Source: an uncultured delta proteobacterium | Lineage (GTDB): Bacteria; Desulfobacterota; Binatia; UBA9968 | Reading direction: 5' to 3' | Length of the DNA stretch: 64,000 bases | Assembly: GCA_963847445.1 (NCBI GenBank) | Contig: CAWJZV010000030.1 | Location: forward strand, 224,001 to 288,000 | In this document: in pieces, positions 31,278 through 42,757 of the stretch | How positions within the stretch are numbered: position 1 is the first letter of the stretch | Layout of the letters: each line of letters opens with the position of its first letter | The notes under the pieces: model-generated | Seen by the model: the letters and a program-made list of their open reading frames with translations, nothing else | The model's database searches: none | What the model was told of the DNA's origin: nothing | Translations under genes and position numbers: made by a program

Positions 31278-31494
31278 GCCGCCTCAACGACATCACCACG
31301 GTTTCAAAGTCGACGCTCTTTTCGTGAGCACGTTCTTCAAATGCAGCCAGATCTTCCGCATCCTCGGCCAACGCCAGTTTCACAGCATCATTCACCATGT
31401 CAGAAATGGAACGATCGGTAGCTGCTGCCTTGAGTCGAAGGGCTCGGTGGATCTCCGGCTCGAAATAAACGGTAGCTCGTTTGGGTAAACTCAT
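31264..31494 (-). CDS. CopG/RHH antitoxin
   Basis: KRATVYF...HRALRLKAA...SIS; LAEDAEDLAAFEER. Confidence 0.88.
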   Translation of the reverse strand: MSLPKRATVYFEPEIHRALRLKAAATDRSISDMVNDAVKLALAEDAEDLAAFEERAHEKSVDFETVVMSLRRRGKI

Positions 31495-31498
31495 ATGG

Positions 31499-31529
31499 GT
31501 ATAGTAACGTTACAACGTCATGACGTCAA
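31499..31529 (-). promoter_or_regulatory. TA cassette promoter with palindromic operators, probably leaderless
   Basis: TTGACG-17 nt-TACTAT a few nt before the ATG; palindromes acgtcatgacgt and gtaacgttac. Confidence 0.7.
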
Positions 31530-31542
31530 TGCGAGGCTAGGA

Positions 31543-31624
31543 GTCTAACGACAAGGCTGAGAAGCGATGGTCCGCGAGCGTTGCGAGCGGGGGCCGTACG
31601 TCTTTCTCAAGCCGCTGGTTAAGG
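31543..31624 (-). repeat. attC site
   Basis: gtctaac...ggctgagaag/ctttctcaagcc...gttaagg. Confidence 0.85.
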
Positions 31625-31637
31625 CGGCAAGTTGGTT

Positions 31638-31838
31638 TTATGTCAGTTCTTCAAGAAACTTGACGTCTTTCCGTAGCCACTGATTGACCATCTCGCCGAG
31701 ATCCTTGCCCTTCCGGCGAGCAATGCGCTCGAGTTTGCTCTGCAGTTTAGGGTCTAAATAAATGGGGAGCCGCAGTTCGGCGCCTTTCCGATAAAACTTT
31801 CCTCGAATGGCTTTCGAAAAATCGTATTCTCGTCTCAT
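31638..31838 (-). CDS. BrnA-like antitoxin
   Basis: MRREYDFSKAIRGKFY. Confidence 0.8.
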   Translation of the reverse strand: MRREYDFSKAIRGKFYRKGAELRLPIYLDPKLQSKLERIARRKGKDLGEMVNQWLRKDVKFLEELT

Positions 31839-31841
31839 ATT

Positions 31842-32141
31842 TCATTTCCTCTGATATTGCTTCTTTTCATTCTTTGTTGCTTTTCGCGCTGATATCAGCC
31901 GTACTCGCGCACTGTTTTCCGTTTCTTCATGATACGTATGGGAAAGAACCAACAACACACCAGTTTCATCCAACCCCAGGGTTATCCATCTCTCTTCCTC
32001 TTCACTATGTTGGTCATCAAACAGCGACAAGGCGTTCGGATCCAAGAACACTGTGGCTCCACGTTCAAACGTAACACGATGTTTTCTCGCATTTAGCCGA
32101 GCCTTCGCAGGGTCCCACTCAAACTGATATTGAAACGTCAC
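31842..32141 (-). CDS. BrnT family toxin
   Basis: FEWDPAKA..N..KH.VTF; EER...LG; RLISARKA. Confidence 0.92.
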   Translation of the reverse strand: MTFQYQFEWDPAKARLNARKHRVTFERGATVFLDPNALSLFDDQHSEEEERWITLGLDETGVLLVLSHTYHEETENSARVRLISARKATKNEKKQYQRK

Positions 32142-32203
32142 TTGGGGGATTATCTCATAAAACGCGAGACAAAAGCACGTTGGCAGCAGTCGCTATCAGG
32201 GAA

Positions 32204-32262
32204 CCCTAACGTTTTGGGTGAGCGGCGCGGTCTGCCGCGTCTTTCTCAACGCAGGGTTAGGC
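32204..32262 (-). repeat. attC site
   Basis: ccctaac...gttaggc with GC stem. Confidence 0.8.
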
Positions 32263-32980
32263 TGCTCCGTTGATTGCTGCGGGTCAAACTTCGATCTGCC
32301 CTAGCCACTGCCGCTCCACTTCCCGTGCGGCCCTCGCGAACGCGGCAGCGTGCTTTGGTTGTTGGACACAGGAAGAACACCACGTGCGCCGTTGAGAATG
32401 CAACCGTAGTCGAACCGGCAAGCTCTTCATTGAGACGACTGGCAAAAAACGGAATAAACCGCTCGCGGACCACACGAGGAAAATGCTGATAAACAAGTAT
32501 CGACTGACCGCCACCGTACATCGCCTGAAGTTCCTCCCAGTACACGTACTTCGAGGACCCGGCGGCGCCCAGCTTCGTACTCGGAACCTCGACTCCGTTG
32601 TCTGGATCCACAAAGACGAGGTCGGAGTTCCGGAGCACCTGCCGTGCCGCTTTGAAGTACTCAGCACGCGCTAGCCGATGGTCGCGCAGGACCGTGTCAA
32701 AATAGGACGCGCCCGGGACGAGCTCCCATTCGCGGGCCCGGGATACCGAGCGTTGCACCTCAGCATCCAAGAGGCGCTGCAGTTTGTCATAAAGCTCAGG
32801 ATCGTAGTGGCGCCAACGCCCGGGGTGTTTCAGATAGTTTCGAAGTTCGCCGTCACCAGCGCCGTCGTCGACCGTGAGAAACCAGCACACCCCGACGGCA
32901 AGACCCGATGCTCGTTGGAGGGTTCGCAACAATCCATACTTCCGAAAGTCGTTAACATCGCCAAAGTATTGGTTCTTCAT
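32246..32980 (-). CDS. Conserved hypothetical protein, possible methyltransferase fold (frameshift near the C-terminus)
   Basis: MKNQYFGDVNDFRKYGLL; DLVFVDPDNG. Confidence 0.6.
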   Translation of the reverse strand: MKNQYFGDVNDFRKYGLLRTLQRASGLAVGVCWFLTVDDGAGDGELRNYLKHPGRWRHYDPELYDKLQRLLDAEVQRSVSRAREWELVPGASYFDTVLRDHRLARAEYFKAARQVLRNSDLVFVDPDNGVEVPSTKLGAAGSSKYVYWEELQAMYGGGQSILVYQHFPRVVRERFIPFFASRLNEELAGSTTVAFSTAHVVFFLCPTTKARCRVREGRTGSGAAVARADRSLTRSNQRSSLTLR

Positions 32981-32999
32981 GCGCTCGTTGCAGTCTGGC

Positions 33000-33077
33000 G
33001 CCTAACGTGCAAGGCTTGAAGCGATGGCGCTCGCGCAAGCGAGCACGGCCGCACGCTCTCTCAAGCCGAAGTTAGGC
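33000..33077 (-). repeat. attC site
   Basis: gcctaac...gctcgcgcaagcgagc...gttaggc. Confidence 0.85.
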
Positions 33078-33310
33078 CGCACTTTTCGTGAAGGAGGCGA
33101 CAAGAACGCGCATTGGCTTGCCTCGGCGGCTTCGAACTTGCGGATGCGGTCAATCTCACGGGCGGTACCGGCAGTGAGGTACGACTCGTGACAGTTCGAG
33201 CAATGAATGATCGGAATGTCCTCGATCACAACGAGGCTATCGCCACGGCCAAGCTTTCGTTGATCTTCCTGCGACGGCCGCCTGTGGCTCCACAGAGTTC
33301 ACCACTTCAT
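33072..33310 (-). CDS. YgiT/MqsA-type zinc-finger antitoxin (frameshifted)
   Basis: VIEDIPIIHCSNCHESYL. Confidence 0.8.
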
Positions 33311-33645
33311 AATTCTTCAGCCTTCTCGCGATATACTGTGATCACGACCGCCTTGACCTCCCGAACCCAGTCTTCGAAAATCACGCCCACGGGTTCGCCA
33401 CCAACGCCTGTCCCGGTGAGAACGTATTTACGCTCTTTCGTTGCGCGGTCGAGCTGTCTTTCCACGATTCGGCCTTTGAGCACAACGTTCTCAATATCTT
33501 CGTCGAGGACATCATCCTCGCCCATTTCTTCGAGCGCGTGAATGGTAATGATGTACTCGCGCTCACGGAAAAGCGACCGAAATCGTTTCAGCTCCCGCTC
33601 AAACATCCGCAAGACGATTCTATGCCGAGTTAAGTCCATGCTCAA
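33307..33645 (-). CDS. DUF4258 toxin-like protein
   Basis: T.HA.EEM.ED, G.IVE, VITVY; ATGA overlap with the YgiT gene. Confidence 0.82.
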   Translation of the reverse strand: MSMDLTRHRIVLRMFERELKRFRSLFREREYIITIHALEEMGEDDVLDEDIENVVLKGRIVERQLDRATKERKYVLTGTGVGGEPVGVIFEDWVREVKAVVITVYREKAEEL

Positions 33646-33665
33646 CTGGGGAGTTTTGGCCGTGC

Positions 33666-33724
33666 GGCTAACGTTTTGGGTGAGAGGCGCGGGCGCCGCG
33701 GCCTTCTCAACCCGATGGTTAGAC
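33666..33724 (-). repeat. attC site
   Basis: ggctaac...gggtgagagg/ccttctcaaccc...gttagac. Confidence 0.85.
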
Positions 33725-33946
33725 GCCGCTTTCAGGCAGGTAACGGATCACTTCAAGCTCGGCAGTGCGTCCGCTCGCGCGAGCAAGGTATCGATCCGTG
33801 CCATAACGGGATCTTCAATGAGATACTCGCGCACGCTTCGCACTGCAAGACCGGCAGCTGCTTCAAAATCACGATGCGCTCCTCGACGTTGAATGGCAAA
33901 TCAGTGGTGATTGCACGCATGCGAGCACCGCAAACGTACAATTCAT
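33719..33946 (-). CDS. Second YgiT-type zinc-finger protein (frameshifted)
   Basis: C..CG; TDLPF; [13 protein letters not shown]. Confidence 0.75.
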
Positions 33947-34009
33947 GACGTCCACCTCCTTCGCGTCTTCAGATCCATTTCCCACTCGATCGGCGCTGGG
34001 GTAAGTATG

Positions 34010-34230
34010 CACGACATTCTTGTAGGATTCGCCAGTGCAGATGATGCCGTCGTGCGACCAAACCGGAGTGCCCATCCACTTCCACTCCTCGACGAACGTC
34101 CGGGTCTGCTTCCTTGATGAAGCTTGCGCATTATGCCGAGGGTTTTCCCGCGCCAATCCCCGAGTTCGGCGATTCTTTTCGAGATGAGCTCCGCTGCCGA
34201 CTGGCCTTGGCTCGCGCCCGACTTTTTCAT
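34010..34230 (-). pseudogene. Truncated duplicate of the DUF1801 cassette at 46842-47261
   Basis: Near-identical DNA over ~300 bp including the leader; similarity ends after ETYK-like GESYK. Confidence 0.85.
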
Positions 34231-34306
34231 GTTCTCATCCTAGAAGTTCCAGATATATTTCATTGCAAGACAGCGGAGGATATTCAATAGACTTCAGGAC
34301 GACGCC

Positions 34307-34365
34307 GCATAACGATCACGATGAGCGGCGTGCGTCAACATGCCCGCTTCATCGTCCAGGTAGGG
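34307..34365 (-). repeat. attC site with mutated R''
   Basis: gcataac...cgatgagcgg/ccgcttcatcg...ggtaggg. Confidence 0.75.
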
Positions 34366-34380
34366 CTTCGTCGCGGGGAC

Positions 34381-35139
34381 TCATACGAGCTGGTATATCG
34401 CCTGCACGGGCCAGTGATCCGACAGTGCGAGGTCTCCAGCGTAGCACTGCGGAACGCTTGCAGCGATCGCGCGCGCGTACTTGTTCGCGACGATGAGGTC
34501 GATCGCCTCGGTGATCGTCTGCTCCCCGGGTTGAGCATTCGCCGTCGGATAGCACTGAAAGGTGGGCGGGCTCTGCATTCCCAGAGCGGCGAAGCAGCTC
34601 ACAAATCCCGCCTGCATGAGGATCCACTGGGGATGCCAGGCGTCGTTCATGTCCCCCATAAAAAACGCCGGCTCGCCTTCACGCACGCGTCGCGTGAGCT
34701 CCTCGGCAATTCGCTTGAGCTGCCGCACCCTCGGCGACACACCTGTTTCGATTTCATCGCTGTGCCGGGGACTCGTGAGATGAGCGGTTGCGACGAAAAT
34801 CGCCTTCTGAGAAGACTTGAGCCGAAGGCGGGCCCAAAACATGCGTCGCTCCGGTTCGACGTGACCGACTTCCTCGGCGCCGTGCCCGATCTCCTCCAGG
34901 ACCGCCTCGTTCCAATAAATGTTGCTCTCGTTTGTCCAGCCCGAAAACGGATCATGGACCCGGGCATACCCGCTCAGAACTCGGTCTAGGAACTCCTGCG
35001 TCGGACGCTGCAGTTCCTGCAAGCAAAGTACGTCGGGAGTAAACAACGTGAGAAATCTCTCAAGGGCCGGTGCGCGCGCCGGCCAACGTTCGGTCAGCCA
35101 AATGTTGCAGGTTATGATCGAGAGGCGGGTCGGGACCAT
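34381..35139 (-). CDS. Endonuclease/exonuclease/phosphatase family
   Basis: TCNIW, DVLCLQE, GDMN, IDLI, SDHWPV. Confidence 0.9.
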   Translation of the reverse strand: MVPTRLSIITCNIWLTERWPARAPALERFLTLFTPDVLCLQELQRPTQEFLDRVLSGYARVHDPFSGWTNESNIYWNEAVLEEIGHGAEEVGHVEPERRMFWARLRLKSSQKAIFVATAHLTSPRHSDEIETGVSPRVRQLKRIAEELTRRVREGEPAFFMGDMNDAWHPQWILMQAGFVSCFAALGMQSPPTFQCYPTANAQPGEQTITEAIDLIVANKYARAIAASVPQCYAGDLALSDHWPVQAIYQLV

Positions 35140-35164
35140 TTTTTTCAGCGATGCTTCCTTGAAC

Positions 35165-35223
35165 CCCTAACGTATCGCTCAGCCGACGCTCTTTAGCGAT
35201 CGGTCTGAAGCGCCAAGTTAGAC
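35165..35223 (-). repeat. attC site
   Basis: ccctaac...gttagac. Confidence 0.85.
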
Positions 35224-35260
35224 ATCTCCGTTTTGCGAAAAACCATTCCGTGGAAAATTT

Positions 35261-36064
35261 CTACCCTGCCGGTACTACCCCGGCACTGCCCAAGCCTTTG
35301 CACGCAAGTGTAATCGATCCATCAGGGCGGTTACCAAGAATGTCTGTGCGTCATCGACTCCTTCGATACCTGTCGAGCGATCCTCGGAGAGAGTACTGAT
35401 ATAAAGTTTAGGCGGTCGCCTGGCTATTTGACAGGCGGCTACCAGAAATCGTCAAAGGAACTAAACTCCATAGGAATGAACCAGGGCCCTTGTTTCAACA
35501 TTCGCAAAACCAGTGGCGGTCCACAGCTCTGAAAGCGCGCTTGCTGATCCCCATAACGCCTATCCCCAGATCGTTTAACTCCCGGGTCAACTACAACGAC
35601 CACATCGCAGAATCTTTCCAATAACTCCATGCCTCCACTGTTGTCCCATACACAAGTTGCAACAGTTCCTCGCTTTTTTGTGACGCGCCTCATTTCTCTT
35701 GCTGCCGTGTGCGCATCCGAGACAAACTGGATCATCAATGATCGAATACGCAGCAGTCGAAAGAGCCATTGTCATAGGGAAGTTTCTGAGCATCCCCGAT
35801 TTCAAAAGCAATATGCGGATGTGAATTCTGTGCACGAGCATATTCTAAGTAACCAACTGAAGGGTCAATGCCGACAACCGTTGAGGCTTTTGTTGTATCT
35901 GCGATGGTGAATGTAAGCGAACCTGTACCACAGCCCACATCTAATACCCGATCCCCTTCTTTGATACCGTCTACAAATTCGATGAAGAGAGGAGCAAGGG
36001 TTTTACTCCAGCTTCCCATTCCAGCCTGATACTTATCAGGATCCGTGTGTAGGTTGGGTTCCAT
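35261..36064 (-). CDS. Class I SAM-dependent methyltransferase (frameshifted)
   Basis: VLDVGCGTG, GDAQKLPY...SFD, REMRRV. Confidence 0.88.
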
Positions 36065-36076
36065 AGTCGCCTCGAC

Positions 36077-36149
36077 GTCTAACGACTGTGCTCACCCGCA
36101 GCCGCGTGGTGGCAACGGTGCGGCTGTCGGGTGCAGCGGAGGGTTAGAC
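36077..36149 (-). repeat. attC site
   Basis: gtctaac...acccgcagccgc/gcggctgtcgggt...gttagac. Confidence 0.88.
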
Positions 36150-36155
36150 GGTTCA

Positions 36156-37541
36156 TCACAGGTCCGGATCTGGATCTCGGGTAACGGGCTTTAGGCCGAT
36201 GTGGTCGGCCATTTCAGCGCCCGTAAAGTTCTCCGTGAAACTTTCCGCTGTTTCCGGGAGCATCGTCGCGTTCCACGTGTTCCACTCGCCAACGAGTCGA
36301 TCGTATATGTCGCGGTGGCGGTCCCTGAGGTTGGCGCGTTCGAGCGGATCGGCGACCACATTGAACAAGAACGTGTTGTCGAGAATCTTGAGGTATTTCC
36401 AGTCTCCAATGCGAGCCGCTCGCTGCCACAACGACTTGTAACGCCAGAACAGCCTACGCTCCACGATCGGCGCCCCTTGGACGAGATGAGGTAGAAGGTT
36501 CATCCCGTCTGGCGGATAGCCCGGATCGGCGTCGACGCTCGCGGCGGCTAGCAAGGTGGGAAGCCAGTCCATGTTGACCGTCACCTGCTCGCTGACGCGC
36601 CCGGCGGCAATGCGCGCCGGCCATGACATGATCGCGGGAATCCTTAGACCACCTTCAAGTAACTCCATTTTCTTGCCGGTGAACGGCCAGGTGTCGGAGA
36701 AGCGCTCGCCCCCGTTGTCGCTGGTGAAAATCACGATCGTGTCCCGGTTGATGCCGTTCTCCTCCAGGGCGGCAAGTACCCGGCCGATTTGCATGTCCAT
36801 CGCCACAATGATTCGACGGTAGGTCTCCTGCGACCCGCCGTCCCAGTGGATCAGATCGCGGCCACGCAGGCGCTCCGCTTCTGCCTGATCCCCCGGCGCT
36901 TCCCATGGCCAATGCGGGGCGTTGAAGTGCAGGCTGAGCAGGAACGGCCGTCCGGCCTGCGCATAGTCCCGGATGACAGTGACAGCCCGATCGCCGAACA
37001 GGTCCGTACTATACCCTTCTTGCGAAATCGGCATGTCCTCATCCCAGAAGTCGGGCGCCCCCCTACGCCCCGTGTGGCGGTAGTAATCCACAGTTCCACC
37101 GCGGTAACCGTAGAAGTGGTCGTAGCCGCTCTTGAGCGGACCGAAATCTGGCAAACCGCCCAGATGCCACTTGCCAATCAACGTGGTGCCGTAACCACCC
37201 TTCCGCAGCAGCGAGGGGAGTGTTGGGTGCTCGGGTGGCAGGCCGACGCCGGGCGGGCTGTTGGCCGACAGCGGCTCCTCCAGACCGACGGGCAGTCGAA
37301 GTTGGTAACGACCGGTGATGATCGCCACGCGCGACCCCGTGCATACGGGCGAGCTCGCATAGCCCTGCGTGAATCGCACGCCTTGCGCAGCCATCCGATC
37401 GATGTTCGGCGTGACCAGATCACGACGACCGTAGCACGACACGTCTGCGTAACCCATGTCGTCAGCAATGATGAACACGATGTTCGGCCGTCGGGCTTGC
37501 GGCTGCACGCGACGCGTGATTTCGTCTGTCATCGGTCCCAT
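36156..37541 (-). CDS. Arylsulfatase/sulfatase family
   Basis: PNIVFIIADDMG, CTGSR, GKWHLG, APHWP, SDNG. Confidence 0.92.
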   Translation of the reverse strand: MGPMTDEITRRVQPQARRPNIVFIIADDMGYADVSCYGRRDLVTPNIDRMAAQGVRFTQGYASSPVCTGSRVAIITGRYQLRLPVGLEEPLSANSPPGVGLPPEHPTLPSLLRKGGYGTTLIGKWHLGGLPDFGPLKSGYDHFYGYRGGTVDYYRHTGRRGAPDFWDEDMPISQEGYSTDLFGDRAVTVIRDYAQAGRPFLLSLHFNAPHWPWEAPGDQAEAERLRGRDLIHWDGGSQETYRRIIVAMDMQIGRVLAALEENGINRDTIVIFTSDNGGERFSDTWPFTGKKMELLEGGLRIPAIMSWPARIAAGRVSEQVTVNMDWLPTLLAAASVDADPGYPPDGMNLLPHLVQGAPIVERRLFWRYKSLWQRAARIGDWKYLKILDNTFLFNVVADPLERANLRDRHRDIYDRLVGEWNTWNATMLPETAESFTENFTGAEMADHIGLKPVTRDPDPDL

Positions 37542-37590
37542 GGTGATCCTTTACTTGGACTAGTGGTGGTCCTCGCGGTCCCGGGTTGCC

Positions 37591-37651
37591 GTCTAACGTT
37601 CACGGGTAAGAAGCGCGGTCTGCCGCGGCGGTCTCAACCCATTGGTTAGCC
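37591..37651 (-). repeat. attC site
   Basis: gtctaac...gttagcc. Confidence 0.8.
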
Positions 37652-37652
37652 A

Positions 37653-37946
37653 TTAGTTGCGAGATTGCCACCGTCGTGGGTGGCGTCGTCCGTGCATACA
37701 GGCCACCACTATGACCTGATCGTCAATAATTCGGTAGAAAAGGCTGTACGGGAAACGACGCAAATTCACACGACGTGTCTGGCGGTAAACAACAGGAAAG
37801 CGTTCAGGATATGTCACCAAAGATTCAATGACGGTACTCACCGCTGCAAGAAACTCGTCACCAAGACCCGCTCGTTGATCCTCATACCATCGGTAGGCAT
37901 CTTCAACATCCGCGGCGGCAGCAGGCCGGAAGATCGGTGGCTTCAC
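37653..37946 (-). CDS. RelE/ParE family toxin
   Basis: A..WYE.Q..GLG.EF; RFPY..FY; H.RR.P..W. Confidence 0.9.
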   Translation of the reverse strand: MKPPIFRPAAAADVEDAYRWYEDQRAGLGDEFLAAVSTVIESLVTYPERFPVVYRQTRRVNLRRFPYSLFYRIIDDQVIVVACMHGRRHPRRWQSRN

Positions 37947-38164
37947 CTAGACCGAGAGCGAATCTGTTGCAGGACCTGGTCCCAAGGAATGCCCTCAGGT
38001 CCCGAGCGTTCGAGATCGTCAAGTCGCCGATCAAGTTCCTCGCGCTGCGCGTTGGTCAGCGGAACAGTTTCCGGCGTCTCGTTGAGGCTGTCCCATAGTT
38101 CCTCAATCAGACGCAGACGCTCTTCAGGACTCATCTCGCCGATGTTTAGCGCGGACTTGCTCAT
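37943..38164 (-). CDS. Putative addiction module antitoxin
   Basis: ERLRLIEELWDSL; ELDRRL; W. Confidence 0.88.
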   Translation of the reverse strand: MSKSALNIGEMSPEERLRLIEELWDSLNETPETVPLTNAQREELDRRLDDLERSGPEGIPWDQVLQQIRSRSR

Positions 38165-38221
38165 CGATCTAAATATGCCACGTTAACAGTTTCTCTGCCA
38201 CCGCCCGCCCGCTATCCCTTT

Positions 38222-38272
38222 GGCTAACTTGCCGATGACCTGCTGGCGTCGGCGTCCATCGCCTTGTTAGAC
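38222..38272 (-). repeat. attC site (51 bp)
   Basis: ggctaac...gttagac. Confidence 0.75.
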
Positions 38273-38275
38273 GAT

Positions 38276-38866
38276 TCAGCGGCGTGCGTCTGGCACGTCA
38301 AGACCCTGTGTGCGTAGGATCTGCCGGATTGCCTCGGGCCGTTCGAGCACCTCGCGATACACCCACGTGTAGTACCCGAAGGCCCCGAGTGTAGCGCGTG
38401 CCGTTGTCTCCCCGAGGACGTCACGCACGGCGTCAAACTCGAGGAGACAAACGACCAGGTGGAGGTACGTGCTGCGTCGGCCGTTGGCCCCTTCCGGAGC
38501 CGCCTCTGGAACCTTGGGATACAGACGTTCCAGTGCCGTAACCGCGGACGCCAACTTCGCCTGGTTCTGAACGAAAAACCAATGCAGTTGCTCATGAAGG
38601 AAGCTCGCTAGCTGCGCCGCGTCGTTGTCGAGGTACTGCGTATTCAGTGTGAGAACCGGGTGGCTGTGCGGAATCACCCGTGATTGGATTTGTACGGTCC
38701 GCGTGAACAGCCAGCGTGAGAGGTCATGGGTCGCCAGCAGGCGTTCCAGCTGCTCCCGTCCCCTTTGCTCCAAAGCAGTCCCAGAGGCCAGGCGGATCTC
38801 AAGCATGCCGGCCGGCGCCTCGGCACGAGCCGCACCCATCAGGTCGCTCGTCGCGAGCGTCGTCAA
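38276..38866 (-). CDS. Hypothetical protein with HExxH motif (possible metallopeptidase)
   Basis: FLHEQLHW. Confidence 0.65.
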   Translation of the reverse strand: MTTLATSDLMGAARAEAPAGMLEIRLASGTALEQRGREQLERLLATHDLSRWLFTRTVQIQSRVIPHSHPVLTLNTQYLDNDAAQLASFLHEQLHWFFVQNQAKLASAVTALERLYPKVPEAAPEGANGRRSTYLHLVVCLLEFDAVRDVLGETTARATLGAFGYYTWVYREVLERPEAIRQILRTQGLDVPDARR

Positions 38867-38912
38867 TACGAGACAATAGTCAATGTGAGCAATGATCCCA
38901 TCCTCGTGTGCC

Positions 38913-38969
38913 GTCTACGTGAAGCTAGCGGCCCGCCGAAGGCCGGCCCGCTTGAGCGCAAGGTTATGC
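38913..38969 (-). repeat. attC site (R' has a 1-nt deletion)
   Basis: gtctac...gcggcccgccgaaggccggcccgc...gttatgc. Confidence 0.7.
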
Positions 38970-38981
38970 GGTCCTGATCGA

Positions 38982-39905
38982 TTACCCGCGCGTCCTTTCC
39001 AATACGTCAAACACTAGGTTAAGACACTCGTCAACTCTGTTGGTTATTCCAAAGGCGAATGGCGGTGTTCCGAGTGCGGGGTTAAAGCGACCGACGGTGA
39101 AGATCAAGGGGATGAGAATGCCTCTTTCTCGCATTTGCTTAAGGAACCTGATCCCTTCATCCTCCACCGCATCCCGCTCCATGTCTGATATCACAACGTG
39201 ATAGGTATCGCTGGAAAGCGCGCGAAGCGCACCCTCGGAGGAAGTTTCAACCTGCACATCAAGACCGAGATCACGTAGGATTTCGATGACGTGGGACATC
39301 TCCGCAGGAATGTCGTTGACCAAGAGAAGGCGCGCACCTCGAATCACGGTCTCTATTCTTGCGGCTCGCCTGGCGACCTGCGAACGACCAGACTCCGTAC
39401 TTACTGACTCGCGCGCAGGGATTCGCTCGAGCTCGTCTTTAACCTTTCTATACAGCAAGAAACGCCCAAGCGATGATGCAACTTTGAAGGCCAAGTCTTC
39501 CGGGGTAGTAAAGGAATCGGTAACGACGGTCTCTCGAAGGCGCTGGAGAAATTCACGAAGACGCGTTCGTCCTGGCTCCGTCTCGATGTGCTTCGGTGGC
39601 CACGGATACTCCTCGTCTACAACAAAGCAGAATGTCGGTTTGTTCTGCTCCTTTGCGACGTCGAACTCTTGCACCGTAATTGACTTCGACTGTCCAGAAG
39701 GTACGTATCCATATCGATGAGCATAGATGCCGATCAGCGCGTCGGAATCTGAGATTTCTTCGATGCAGGCCCTGGTTGCCTCAAGCGGTCTCGCGCCGAA
39801 CACTTCCATACGAACGCCCTGCTGGCCGAGTCTCTCAATGGCCCGGGCAGCCGCCTCGCGGTGACCAATTAAGTCTTGATATGTTGAGCTAAGAAAGATC
39901 TTCAT
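38982..39905 (-). CDS. DUF4062 domain + receiver-like domain protein
   Basis: IFLSSTY.DL..HR, RYG, SIT.QEF; C-terminal LLLVND...VVISDMER. Confidence 0.85.
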   Translation of the reverse strand: MKIFLSSTYQDLIGHREAAARAIERLGQQGVRMEVFGARPLEATRACIEEISDSDALIGIYAHRYGYVPSGQSKSITVQEFDVAKEQNKPTFCFVVDEEYPWPPKHIETEPGRTRLREFLQRLRETVVTDSFTTPEDLAFKVASSLGRFLLYRKVKDELERIPARESVSTESGRSQVARRAARIETVIRGARLLLVNDIPAEMSHVIEILRDLGLDVQVETSSEGALRALSSDTYHVVISDMERDAVEDEGIRFLKQMRERGILIPLIFTVGRFNPALGTPPFAFGITNRVDECLNLVFDVLERTRG

Positions 39906-39936
39906 CGTCTCGGTCTAGGGCGCCGATCGCGCATCC

Positions 39937-40000
39937 GCATAACGCCGGAGTTCAGCGGCGGGCCGCGCAGCGGACCGTCCGCTGCAACCGGCTGTTAGGC
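39937..40000 (-). repeat. attC site
   Basis: gcataac...cagcgg/ccgctg...gttaggc. Confidence 0.88.
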
Positions 40001-40027
40001 GACGCGGTTGAATCATAAAACGTCCGG

Positions 40028-41274
<1,247 letters not shown>

Positions 41275-41332
41275 CGCACTGAGCTGCACCTTGGACACTC
41301 TAGCGGTGATTACTGTCCGGCGAGTCGCGAGA

Positions 41333-41863
<531 letters not shown>

Positions 41864-41883
41864 GTCACTCCCTTTCCTCGCAC

Positions 41884-41946
41884 GGCACATCCGCGCGGTT
41901 TTGAGGCGGCGCGGCGAGCGCCGTCCGCTGCAACCGGTTGTTAGGC
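41884..41946 (-). repeat. attC site with degenerate R'
   Basis: Minus strand GCCTAACAACCGGTTGCAGCGGACGG...; no intact GTT. Confidence 0.65.
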
Positions 41947-42608
41947 GTCATTGTGCCCTTGGCGCCGGAGTACAACATGGGTGGCTTTCTCCGACGCAAC
42001 GAACTGAACGCATTCGTATCCCAGAGCGCGCACGTCAATCCCCTCGAACAGTCGCTCTCCCCGCCCAGCAGGACCGGCGAGATAGCGACGTGCAGCTCAT
42101 CGATGAGGCCCGTACGAAGATATTGCTGGATAGTGTTAGGTCCGCCGCCAATGCGCACATCCATTCCGTTGGCTGCGTCGCGCGCCCGGTCAAGCGCCTC
42201 GTGAATACCGCCCGTGACGAAGTAGAATGTCGTTCCGCCTTCCATCTGGATGGGCGGGCGCGCGTGATGAGTCAAGATGAAAGTTGGAACGTGATAGGGT
42301 GGGTTGTCCCCCCACCAGCCTTTCCAGTTCATGTCGGGCCAGGAACCGCGAATCGGTCCGAACATGTTTCTTCCGAGAATCCAGGCGCCAACATTCTTGA
42401 AGCCCCGCGCAGCGAAGTCGTCATCGATCCCCGTTGTGCCACCGTCGGCGCCAAATAGGGTCCGTTGGAGCGTGCGTGTCGGGACTAACCACTGGTGCAA
42501 ATCTGTCCCGCCCACGCCGAGCGGATTCCTGATGTCCTGATTCGGACCAGCTCCGTATCCGTCAAGCGAGATGGTAAAGCCCTCAACTCGGACGCGTGTC
42601 ATTTTCAT
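41941..42608 (-). CDS. Dihydrofolate reductase/RibD C-terminal family (frameshift near the end)
   Basis: ISLDGY.AGP, ILGRNMF, GWWGDNPPYH, GGG, LIDEL. Confidence 0.88.
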
Positions 42609-42626
42609 GCCTTCCTTTCGATTGAC

Positions 42627-42728
42627 GCCTAACGATCTGGCGATAACCCGCGCCGATTACAACCACGATATCGCCGCAGCACGCGTCGTCGATTCTGCGG
42701 CAGCGCCGGGTTCATCGCCGTGTTATGC
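42627..42728 (-). repeat. attC site (~102 bp)
   Basis: gcctaac...ggcgataacccg/cgggttcatcgcc...gttatgc. Confidence 0.85.
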
Positions 42729-42757
42729 CGTCTTGTGGCGCGGTCGTTTTCGGTGTC

